Both the position numbers and the translations under genes were made by a program. From the IMG/VR virus record IMGVR_UViG_3300043449_000692, positions 1-64,000 of that record: DNA of 64,000 nt; one strand, 5' to 3'. Positions 56,170 to 64,000 of this stretch are shown one piece after another. The notes under the pieces were generated by a model. That model worked only from the letters and a program-made list of their open reading frames with translations, did not search any database and was not told where the DNA came from. How positions within the stretch are numbered: the stretch's first letter is position 1; every line of letters begins with the position of its first letter. The DNA comes from a virus.

Positions 56170-57111
56170 TTATTTATGCGCTGCGATCCAGTCTTCAAGA
56201 CGAACTTTGGGAGTCCATCCAAGATGTTCGCGCGCTTTGCTGGCATTTGCTAGAGTGATACGAGCCTCGCCTTGGCGAGGAGGAATGTTTACTGCTTCCC
56301 CACCCATCATGGATACTATTTCATTCACGGAGTGATTGCGTCCAGTTCCTATGTTGTAAATCTGACCCCACTCCCAATTTGTATAAACTTGGCAACTTCC
56401 AACATCACGAATATTGTATTCTGGAGAGGTGAACGCTGATGCCTTGATATTGGCTTCCACCACATCACTAACATGAGTGAAATCTCTCCGCTGATTGCCG
56501 TCACCCACGATGGTCATGGGTTCTCCTGCGGCTCGTTGACGCAGGAATATACCGATCACTGGAGCGTACTGACCACGGAGCGGCTGACGCTCACCGTACA
56601 CATTGAAATAACGGAATATGATGGTCTGTAGTCCGTACAGTTTAGAGTACATCTTGCACAACTCTTCGCCTCCCACCTTGCTGACTGAATACGGATTCAG
56701 ACAGTCGTTGGGCATGGTTTCAACAAGCGGAGGTGTGTTCTTCAGCCCGTATGCCGATGATGTGGACGAGTAGATTACTCGCTTGACACCGCAGACCCGA
56801 GCGCACTGCAACACGCTAGCCGTGCCAAGCATATTGGCTTCCACCGCCTTGAGTGGATCAACAATACACGGTTGAATTCGCGCTTCAGCAGCAAGGTGAA
56901 AAACCGTGTCCACACCCTCGTACAGTCTACGAACCATAGTGTAGTCATTGATGTCGTACTTGTAGTTCTTGGCAGCAGGATTCCAATAGAACTGATCATG
57001 TGCATCCGATGATTCGTTGTCAATCACCGTGACATCGTGACCGTCTGCAACCAACCGATCTACAAGATTTGATCCAATGAATCCTGCTCCACCAGTTACT
57101 AGTGCTTTCAT
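56170..57111 (-). CDS. NAD-dependent nucleotide-sugar epimerase/dehydratase
   Basis: VTGGAGFIGS, YSVSK, RYFNVYG. Confidence 0.93.
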   Translation of the reverse strand: MKALVTGGAGFIGSNLVDRLVADGHDVTVIDNESSDAHDQFYWNPAAKNYKYDINDYTMVRRLYEGVDTVFHLAAEARIQPCIVDPLKAVEANMLGTASVLQCARVCGVKRVIYSSTSSAYGLKNTPPLVETMPNDCLNPYSVSKVGGEELCKMYSKLYGLQTIIFRYFNVYGERQPLRGQYAPVIGIFLRQRAAGEPMTIVGDGNQRRDFTHVSDVVEANIKASAFTSPEYNIRDVGSCQVYTNWEWGQIYNIGTGRNHSVNEIVSMMGGEAVNIPPRQGEARITLANASKAREHLGWTPKVRLEDWIAAHK

Positions 57112-57710
57112 TTCCATTCACTCCAATTGATATTGAGTTCTTTGAGCGACCGTCTAATGTATCTTTCTGTTTCAGCATGACCAGGAACAAATTTTGAATG
57201 AAATTCAACGATCAATCGGTCTATAAATCGTATAGTTCCTGTGTTGATCATTTTACAAAGAATAGCGTATTCTGCACCCTCAACATCCAACTTCATAATG
57301 ATTTTTGGAGGATGAGCCTTTCCATTCACATAGGTTTCATACAAATCTCTGATGAAATCTGATGTATCTATCGTAGTTCGCTCAATCAACTCTCCATGAA
57401 TGGGAATAGAAAACTCGTTACTAGGAATTAGAGTGGATGTAGTTCCGTCTTTTTCTCCATATGCATCAGTCTGCATTCTAAAAGTTACTGATTGAACGCG
57501 ATCATATAGAGGAGAATCGGAAAGCGTGATGTCGTAATCACCCCATCGTTTATGTTCTATGCTGTGTTTAAGTTTTGAAAAAGCCACAAAATTTGGTTCG
57601 AACATGAAAACTTTACAAGGCAAGGTAATGAGTCCATTACTACGGATCTCATCAAATCCTTCTCCCCAATGAGATCCCCCATCAATAAAAATGGTAGAGT
57701 ACTCATCCAT
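57108..57710 (-). CDS. FkbM-family methyltransferase
   Basis: FIDGGSHWG, FEPN, MKLDVEGAEY, VEFH. Confidence 0.85.
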   Translation of the reverse strand: MDEYSTIFIDGGSHWGEGFDEIRSNGLITLPCKVFMFEPNFVAFSKLKHSIEHKRWGDYDITLSDSPLYDRVQSVTFRMQTDAYGEKDGTTSTLIPSNEFSIPIHGELIERTTIDTSDFIRDLYETYVNGKAHPPKIIMKLDVEGAEYAILCKMINTGTIRFIDRLIVEFHSKFVPGHAETERYIRRSLKELNINWSEWK

Positions 57711-58665
57711 AGTGCTTTGGATTGTTTAGGATAAACTCCATGTTTTCAACATACCACTGATAGGTCATCTTGATACCATCATATAGATTGATCTTGGGAA
57801 ACCATCCCATCTTCTTTATTTTGTTGATGTTCAATGGACGCTTCATGGTTCCATTTGGTTTTGTCGTATCCCAAATGATTTCTCCCTGAAATCCGACTAT
57901 CTCCTTCACCATCTCTGCTACCTCTTTGATTGTGTATTCCACTCCACTGCTGATATTGATGATCTCGTGATGATCGTATTTCTGCATGACTTCAAAACAG
58001 GCTGAAGACAAGTCATCAATATACAGAAACTCTCTCTCTGGGCTGCCATCACCCCAACACTGAATCTTGTCCTTACCTTCAAGTTTGGCAGAGTAGAACT
58101 TCTGTATCAAACCAGATATGACATGACTGTTTTGTGGATGGAAGTTGTCGCCAGGACCGTACAGATTAGACGGCATTACAGACACGGCATTGAATCCATA
58201 CTGCTTGCGATAGAATTCACACATCTTTATGCCGCATATCTTTGCGATTGCATACGCTTCATTGGTTGTCTCTAGAGGACCAGTCATAAGATGGTTCTCT
58301 CGGATGGGCAATTGCGATTCCTTTGGATAAATGCAAACAGATCCCAAAAATAGGAACTTTTTCACACCTGTTTCATAGGAACTTTGAATCAGATTGCTCT
58401 GTATCATTATGTTGTCGTATATGAACTCAGCGGGGTATGTGCTATTGGCAAGTATGCCACCAACCTTTGCAGCAGCATCAAATACAAACTCGGGCTTTTC
58501 TTGGAGGAAAAACTCTCGCACAGCCTGCTGATTGCGAAGATCCAATTCTTTCCTAGAACGAACAACCAAATTCGTAAATCCTTTGCTCTCCAAACAGCGA
58601 AGGATCGAAGAGCCAGCAAGACCGCGATGACCCGCTACAAAAATCTTGGAGTTAGTTTCCATCAT
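57703..58665 (-). CDS. fcl: GDP-L-fucose synthase
   Basis: VAGHRGLAGS, AAAKVGGI, GSVCIYPK, YAIAK, SHVI. Confidence 0.93.
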   Translation of the reverse strand: MMETNSKIFVAGHRGLAGSSILRCLESKGFTNLVVRSRKELDLRNQQAVREFFLQEKPEFVFDAAAKVGGILANSTYPAEFIYDNIMIQSNLIQSSYETGVKKFLFLGSVCIYPKESQLPIRENHLMTGPLETTNEAYAIAKICGIKMCEFYRKQYGFNAVSVMPSNLYGPGDNFHPQNSHVISGLIQKFYSAKLEGKDKIQCWGDGSPEREFLYIDDLSSACFEVMQKYDHHEIINISSGVEYTIKEVAEMVKEIVGFQGEIIWDTTKPNGTMKRPLNINKIKKMGWFPKINLYDGIKMTYQWYVENMEFILNNPKHYG

Positions 58666-58667
58666 TA

Positions 58668-59018
58668 TCAGTTACCTTTGTAAATCTTTACGGAATCTTC
58701 AGTCAAAGACCTACCATTCAATATCGCGGCATCCACCATGCGATTGATAGCCTGAATATACTGTGGTCGCTTTTGCTTGAAGCAGGTGTCGATTTTTCTC
58801 TTCAGAGAGGCAACTTCTTCATCTGTTTTTGCAACACCGATCATGTCTTCCAAAAACCATGTTCTGATGTGTAGTATACACAGTTTTTCAATAACTTCTC
58901 CCAAATTATCTGTTGCAACTAGATCGTTTGGTAGATCAGGAATCCCATCAGCGTTCAGTGTTTCTCTAATCTTTTCATTCATAGCGGCTTCAATCACACT
59001 AGCAATATCAATACTCAT
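58668..59018 (-). CDS. Hypothetical protein (polysaccharide-locus helical protein)
   Basis: LGEVIEKL.IL.IR.W..ED. Confidence 0.65.
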   Translation of the reverse strand: MSIDIASVIEAAMNEKIRETLNADGIPDLPNDLVATDNLGEVIEKLCILHIRTWFLEDMIGVAKTDEEVASLKRKIDTCFKQKRPQYIQAINRMVDAAILNGRSLTEDSVKIYKGN

Positions 59019-59036
59019 AACAATCCTTTCGTTAGA

Positions 59037-59795
59037 TTAAATCAAAACAGTCCAGTCTTTACTGGTTGCATTCTTACCATGCCCACAAAACGAAAACATA
59101 TTTTCGGCTTGACGCACATACCAATGGATAAACAGACGAACTCTGTCTGTATTTAGTGTCTCTATGTAAGCCCTGAATGAACTTTCCATCAAATGTACCT
59201 GTGTTGCTCGCTCTAGTATGAGTCCAAAGTTCAAAATAGATTCCGAAACATCGTTCTCTATTACCTTTAGGTTTTCAGAGTTGTACTTGGATACCCTGGA
59301 ATAATCAATCAGTCTTCCTCTAGATGAATCACCATGTACGAATATGTACGGTACATTGTCAGGATTCAATTTTTTGTAGACACGCTCTTCTTCTTCATAG
59401 TCTCTTTCATACTTAAATTGGGTATATCTGACAGAAAAATCATATCCGAGAGCAGCGTAAAATCGTTGGTGACAATCAAACTGTGGAAACGCCTGCTGCA
59501 ATTTCCAGTAGTTTTCGTGACCAACAATAAGGGTGTGACTTGGTGCTAATGTTGATACAAGTCTATCGACCTCTTTTCGCTCACCCTCTCCATCAAACTC
59601 TCCTGCGGTAGAAACAGAAACACATTGTATCTTTGGTTCGTCACGATACATTGTCGATACAGTTTGAAGATGCTGCTTCTTGACAACAAGATACAGTTTT
59701 TCAAAATCGTTGTCGAACAATATCTTTCGAACCAATCCGTTACAGGATATACAGTCTCCAAGACCAAGATGATGATACAGCAGAAGGGTTTTCAT
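59037..59795 (-). CDS. Glycosyltransferase-like protein (GT-B/fucosyltransferase-like)
   Basis: HHLGLGD...NGLVR; YIFVH; MESSF. Confidence 0.55.
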   Translation of the reverse strand: MKTLLLYHHLGLGDCISCNGLVRKILFDNDFEKLYLVVKKQHLQTVSTMYRDEPKIQCVSVSTAGEFDGEGERKEVDRLVSTLAPSHTLIVGHENYWKLQQAFPQFDCHQRFYAALGYDFSVRYTQFKYERDYEEEERVYKKLNPDNVPYIFVHGDSSRGRLIDYSRVSKYNSENLKVIENDVSESILNFGLILERATQVHLMESSFRAYIETLNTDRVRLFIHWYVRQAENMFSFCGHGKNATSKDWTVLI

Positions 59796-59797
59796 TA

Positions 59798-60562
59798 TCA
59801 GTTCCTATTGTTGTGGAGATCAACAAAAAACCAATCATCAGCAGAACCGTGTTGTCTCCTCCAATTATTCCCCCATTGAGTAAAATCATCAACACAAGTA
59901 ACGGAATGGAGTTTGCACATCACACTCCATATGGATTGATCATGTCTATTTTCGCAAAATCCTTCTACTTCTTTTTGATGCGTACTGGGACTATCATCCA
60001 CCAAATTTTTCATGCAGGCGTACTGCAAGCAGTCTTTTATGAATTTTTTAGCAAACGCAGTTCCTCGCATCAATTTGAATCCAGATTGTATTTGCTGTGT
60101 GTTCTTTATTTTGTTTCTCTTCTCTTCTTCGAGCGAATCAACGCCAAGAACTCTGAACACATCGGATTTTGTCCACTTCCATTCAACATGGTAGTCTGGT
60201 CTATCTGGAGTCAAAAAACAAATCACACCCTTTGGATCATTCATAACCAAATCAAAAAGAGGTTGTGCAGGCTTGATGAAATTGGCATCACAGTCACAAT
60301 ACATCAATATGTCGGTTTCCTTCAGACCAGACAGTATCTTGTCTTGGAAATAATATTTCCACAACCCGTATCCAGCCAGTCTCTTGCAGTCTAGTATGTG
60401 TTTATTAGATTCGTAAAAGTTAGGATCAATATTCTCTCTCTTCATCTGATAAACGATGTTGAACCCCGCAAGCAAAGCGCACTGAGAGTTCTTTGATTGG
60501 GATTGATAGAACCCTCCATCTGCGTAATTCACCAGTATTTTTTTGTTTGATATGTTAGGCAT
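59798..60562 (-). CDS. Putative glycosyltransferase (paralog of 62152-62862)
   Basis: GYGLWK, YCDCD, NRHDQSIWS. Confidence 0.65.
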   Translation of the reverse strand: MPNISNKKILVNYADGGFYQSQSKNSQCALLAGFNIVYQMKRENIDPNFYESNKHILDCKRLAGYGLWKYYFQDKILSGLKETDILMYCDCDANFIKPAQPLFDLVMNDPKGVICFLTPDRPDYHVEWKWTKSDVFRVLGVDSLEEEKRNKIKNTQQIQSGFKLMRGTAFAKKFIKDCLQYACMKNLVDDSPSTHQKEVEGFCENRHDQSIWSVMCKLHSVTCVDDFTQWGNNWRRQHGSADDWFFVDLHNNRN

Positions 60563-61364
60563 AGTCAGTCATCGTTGATTCTACCAGAGTTTCATGGAGT
60601 CGGAACACTTTGTTGCGACAAGACAGTATTCTACATCCAAGATCAGCCTGACACAAGCCAAAAAATTCATCTGCTGCACTGAATACTGTCTCGTAATCTG
60701 ATATTGATCGTTTGATTTTTTCTAATCCTGATCTGCTTATCATGTATGCAGATGATCCGCTATACCACTGAACAGCGGTTTCGTATACTTCTTCATTGCG
60801 ATACCCATCGGGACTAGCACTATAGTCACGATGGAAGCCTGTTCCCAACAAGAAAAAGTCAAACTCTTCTTTTAAGAATTGTGATAATGCGTTGGTCAAG
60901 AATTGGGATTCTCTGGACACTATATCCACATCGTCTTCAAGAATCAATGCATAATCGCATCCGCTATCATCAAATGCTTTTAAACACTTCATGTGAGATA
61001 TACTACAACCAATGGTTCCAAGATATAGAGCGGTTGTATACGGATTGTATCTGCTGCGAATCATTCCTGGCGGGATATACCTATAAACTTCTACTTGCCC
61101 GTCTGATGGGCGAGTATATTTGATGATGGTTGGTTTGACTACACCAAAAATTCGATCTCCACCCGCCAACACAACTTCATTTAGTTCAATTTCTTTTTCA
61201 GTATGATTGTCCAGCATATGCTTTCGATCTACGCCCTCACAGAAGTTTATTGGGAATCCAACATCCTTCATTTGGGAATCCACGCTCTTTTTTCTCTCTG
61301 GAGAGCGAAGCAAATTAATGCACAGAGGAAGAATAGTCTTTCCTTCGATGGTTGCAATATTCAT
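60555..61364 (-). CDS. Glycosyltransferase family 25
   Basis: INL.RSPERK, GCSISH, ILEDD, AYMIS. Confidence 0.85.
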   Translation of the reverse strand: MNIATIEGKTILPLCINLLRSPERKKSVDSQMKDVGFPINFCEGVDRKHMLDNHTEKEIELNEVVLAGGDRIFGVVKPTIIKYTRPSDGQVEVYRYIPPGMIRSRYNPYTTALYLGTIGCSISHMKCLKAFDDSGCDYALILEDDVDIVSRESQFLTNALSQFLKEEFDFFLLGTGFHRDYSASPDGYRNEEVYETAVQWYSGSSAYMISRSGLEKIKRSISDYETVFSAADEFFGLCQADLGCRILSCRNKVFRLHETLVESTMTDYA

Positions 61365-62155
61365 AGGGTGACCGTTTTTACTGATGCATCAAACATTCTC
61401 ATACCACTGAAGACGAACCAAGACGCGAGATATCTCTCCATCAACCCACCCTGCTGCCTACAGGTCTTTGCAGGATCAAAGCAGTCAATGTTTTTGTTGT
61501 CTGCAACCCAACGCAGATAGCACACCAAATCCTTGAACTCGTTTCTGCCTATGATGAATGACGAGCAAAGTGGCAACTTGTTTTCATCGTGGAGGAAAAT
61601 ATCGTACTGCGTCTTGCGTGTTCCGTAGTACTCGTTGAAGTGTTCAGCCATGACTGAATAGCAGGACGGCTGACCCTGCAAACGCTGTGGATCGGTATAA
61701 TCCATGCAAGTGCGATTCACTGGTAGTTCATATTCGCGGATAGGAAATGTGCGTAGTGCAAAGTACTCACGATCACTACGGATTCCCTTTGAGCCTTGCA
61801 GTTTCCAGTCAAAGAAATCAAACACAGGCATACCAGAAAAGTCAATCTCCATGCCGTGATCATATTGCGTCATGCCAATCCAATCACCAGTAATAACGGA
61901 ATCAAAGGTTGATGGATCGGAAACAAGATTCAACAGGAATTCAAATTCAGCCCATCGCGGACCATACGGAACAAATCCTGATAGCGTATTTGCATCAAGC
62001 ACAGCAGAACGAATCCAATCTCTTTTTACCGAGTATTCGTGGTTTCCTACTCGGACAAAGGTGAACTTGTGCCGAGACTCCTTGTACGGCTCGTAAATGT
62101 CTTCACGAAGCCCCTTGTGAAAGAGGCAGAACATCTGAATATTTGGAGTGGTCAT
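61361..62155 (-). CDS. Glycan-biosynthesis-associated hypothetical protein
   Basis: WAEFE, WIG.TQY, GGLMERY; located in the GT island. Confidence 0.55.
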   Translation of the reverse strand: MTTPNIQMFCLFHKGLREDIYEPYKESRHKFTFVRVGNHEYSVKRDWIRSAVLDANTLSGFVPYGPRWAEFEFLLNLVSDPSTFDSVITGDWIGMTQYDHGMEIDFSGMPVFDFFDWKLQGSKGIRSDREYFALRTFPIREYELPVNRTCMDYTDPQRLQGQPSCYSVMAEHFNEYYGTRKTQYDIFLHDENKLPLCSSFIIGRNEFKDLVCYLRWVADNKNIDCFDPAKTCRQQGGLMERYLASWFVFSGMRMFDASVKTVTL

Positions 62156-62862
62156 CGTGGATCTCGGGTGTGAAAAATGTATTGGTGTTCTTCCGTATTC
62201 TCGCCGTGTTGAACACCCCACTGTGTGGGATCAGGCAATATAGTGATCCCGTGCTTCTTTGTCAAGAGGCTCCATATGGATTGATCGTGGCGATGATCTT
62301 TGAAGTCGGGTTCAACCCATCCATCAGAGTTCGGAGAATCCGTGACCAAATGTGGATTGGTAGCCAAAGACAAGTATTCAGTCAACAATCCCCGTGCAAA
62401 ATCAGTCCCTCTGAAGCACATGAAACTAGCCATTCGTTGGGGGCTATCGGTGTATTCTGAAGAATACATTCCCATATGCAGGAACAGATCCCGCTTCGTC
62501 CATAACCTTTCGGAATGCTTTCCTGCTAGAGTAAAACAAAGAACTCCTCGCTTGTCAGCCCGAACAGAATCAAAAACTGGTTCTATTCTACGCACAAAAA
62601 CTGATCCAGAATCAGCATAAAACAAGATATCATCTTCTCTCATGGTCTTCAAAATGCGTTGAATGAAATACGGCTTCCATAGCCAGTATCCAACACCTCT
62701 GCGCTGATTCAGAATATCACTGTGGCGTGTAGAAAAATCAGAGTCAATCTCATTCCGATTCATCTGATATACCACATTAAATCCTGCTGCAAGACCTGTC
62801 TGACTGTTCTTGAACTGAGACTCCAAGAATTTTCCGTCTGCGTAATTTAGAAGAATTTTCAC
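62152..62862 (-). CDS. Putative glycosyltransferase
   Basis: GYWLWKPY, YADSG, HRHDQSIWS. Confidence 0.65.
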   Translation of the reverse strand: MKILLNYADGKFLESQFKNSQTGLAAGFNVVYQMNRNEIDSDFSTRHSDILNQRRGVGYWLWKPYFIQRILKTMREDDILFYADSGSVFVRRIEPVFDSVRADKRGVLCFTLAGKHSERLWTKRDLFLHMGMYSSEYTDSPQRMASFMCFRGTDFARGLLTEYLSLATNPHLVTDSPNSDGWVEPDFKDHRHDQSIWSLLTKKHGITILPDPTQWGVQHGENTEEHQYIFHTRDPR

Positions 62863-63500
62863 TGCTGCTCCTGTGGAACAAGCGAAGCAGTGGTCTTTGA
62901 GTTGTAGATGTAGCCGTGCAAAGAATCATCAATGTGATGCTCGGTCTGAATCTTCGGATACAGACGCATGAGCCAGTCAATGTCTTCCGTGGACTGCCCA
63001 TTGGCTCCGTAGACAGGATTGAATGCCTCGGTGATTGCAATGTCGCGCCGCCACAGGCACATATGGTAGGGAGGACGCTTGATGCCACCAAGGAATCCGT
63101 CTTCGTCCCGCCACAGATGACCGTGGGGGTTTCCGATACCGAACTCTACATCCATTGGCTCACCGTCAAGGTTGCACCACTGATTGAAAGTAATGCAGTC
63201 AACCCCTTCGTGTTCATCAATGGCTTGCAGAATCTTGCTCATGTAGTCCTTGCTCACGGCATCATCATCATCCAAGAAGGCGATATACTTGCCACGCGCT
63301 GACATGAGCAGGTCATTACGCTTTTCTGAAATGCTTTTGGAGCGGTTGTCTAGCATGACAAGGATTTCCACCGACTTCGGCTGTCCCGTGGCATCGGCTT
63401 GCTTCTGAAGATGCTCCACAGCAGACTTCATGGATTCGATCCGCTCGGGAATGGACAGGATCAGAACACTGAACTTGATATCACTTGCTGGTACTGGCAT
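62859..63500 (-). CDS. Glycosyltransferase family 2
   Basis: SVLILS, KRN, YIAFLDDDD, ED..W. Confidence 0.85.
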   Translation of the reverse strand: MPVPASDIKFSVLILSIPERIESMKSAVEHLQKQADATGQPKSVEILVMLDNRSKSISEKRNDLLMSARGKYIAFLDDDDAVSKDYMSKILQAIDEHEGVDCITFNQWCNLDGEPMDVEFGIGNPHGHLWRDEDGFLGGIKRPPYHMCLWRRDIAITEAFNPVYGANGQSTEDIDWLMRLYPKIQTEHHIDDSLHGYIYNSKTTASLVPQEQQ

Positions 63501-64000
63501 AGAACATAGTCTCCATGTCAAACTTGTTTGCGGCTCGCCGCTTGAAGGTTTCACCATCAACACCATACATTTCTTTGTTCTCATTCCTTGCATGGAGTTC
63601 GTCCCACGGTTCACCGCTCCACTGATGCTGAATGATACACAGGTCGCAGCGGCGCAGTTTACCCAATGCCATGCACACCTGTGTCTGCTCGTTGTCGCAG
63701 TACAGGGACTTGTATTCAGGGTTGTAGATGTAGCCGAAACGCTTGTATAGGGGGAAGCCCATGACCGTCAGAGTCATCAGGGGATCTTCCTTTGGGCGCA
63801 GACCGTCCCAGAACTTGATTGCACCGTCATAGTCGGGGAAAGCCTGCTCGTACACCTTGGCAATGATGTCATCGTAGCCCATCTGCACAGGAACCATGTC
63901 ATCGGACGCAAGCAGCAGCACATCGCCGTCCACGCCCTCTAGGTTAGCGTTGCAGGCTTCGATCTTGCTCTTGGAGTGTCCGTAGAAGCACTCAATGTTT
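63481..64000 (-). CDS. Glycosyltransferase family 2-like, 5'-truncated by window
   Basis: KIEACN...LASDDM...YCDNE. Confidence 0.75.
   Translation of the reverse strand, partial: NIECFYGHSKSKIEACNANLEGVDGDVLLLASDDMVPVQMGYDDIIAKVYEQAFPDYDGAIKFWDGLRPKEDPLMTLTVMGFPLYKRFGYIYNPEYKSLYCDNEQTQVCMALGKLRRCDLCIIQHQWSGEPWDELHARNENKEMYGVDGETFKRRAANKFDMETMFYASTSK

Noticed and set aside
1-64000. Stop-codon reassignment, introns/inteins, DGR or retron
   Set aside because: Core genes appear full-length in the standard code without large insertions; no reverse transcriptase motif seen

Overview
This is a 64-kb segment of a large T4-like (Tevenvirinae/Kyanoviridae-type) bacteriophage genome; the host cannot be identified from the sequence. 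There are four blocks. (i) 1-7051, minus strand: early region with tRNA-Leu(CAA), tRNA-Arg(TCT), an HNH endonuclease and a CobS-like AAA+/vWA pair under sigma70-type promoters. (ii) 7417-30166, mostly plus strand: late region of probable internal-head proteins carrying T4-like capsid-targeting N-termini, a gp68-like core protein, an exonuclease, a ligase-like/cytidylyltransferase pair, virion proteins and holin/spanin-like genes. (iii) 30205-53750, minus strand: serine protease, class II RNR, tail fibre and collagen genes, thyX, primase, gmd, helicase, uvsX, DNA polymerase B, groES-like gene, DNA methylase, AdoMetDC, lysozyme, uvsE and dUTPase. (iv) 53811-64000, minus strand: two hypotheticals, a small basic protein and an AT-richer glycosylation island (several GTs, epimerase, FkbM, fcl). 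Main leads read from the raw sequence: a probable overprinted gene inside nrdJ whose limits match a codon-usage shift; two structured small RNAs, each between a late-promoter motif and its own terminator; a 15-bp hairpin that hides the HNH start and contains a late promoter, with the HNH stop lying inside tRNA-Leu; recurrent leaderless transcripts; a set of capsid-targeted enzyme polyproteins; and a G-x-[T/S/C] motif dense in virion proteins, a candidate acceptor for the phage glycosylation machinery. All functional calls come from motif recognition; no database search was run.
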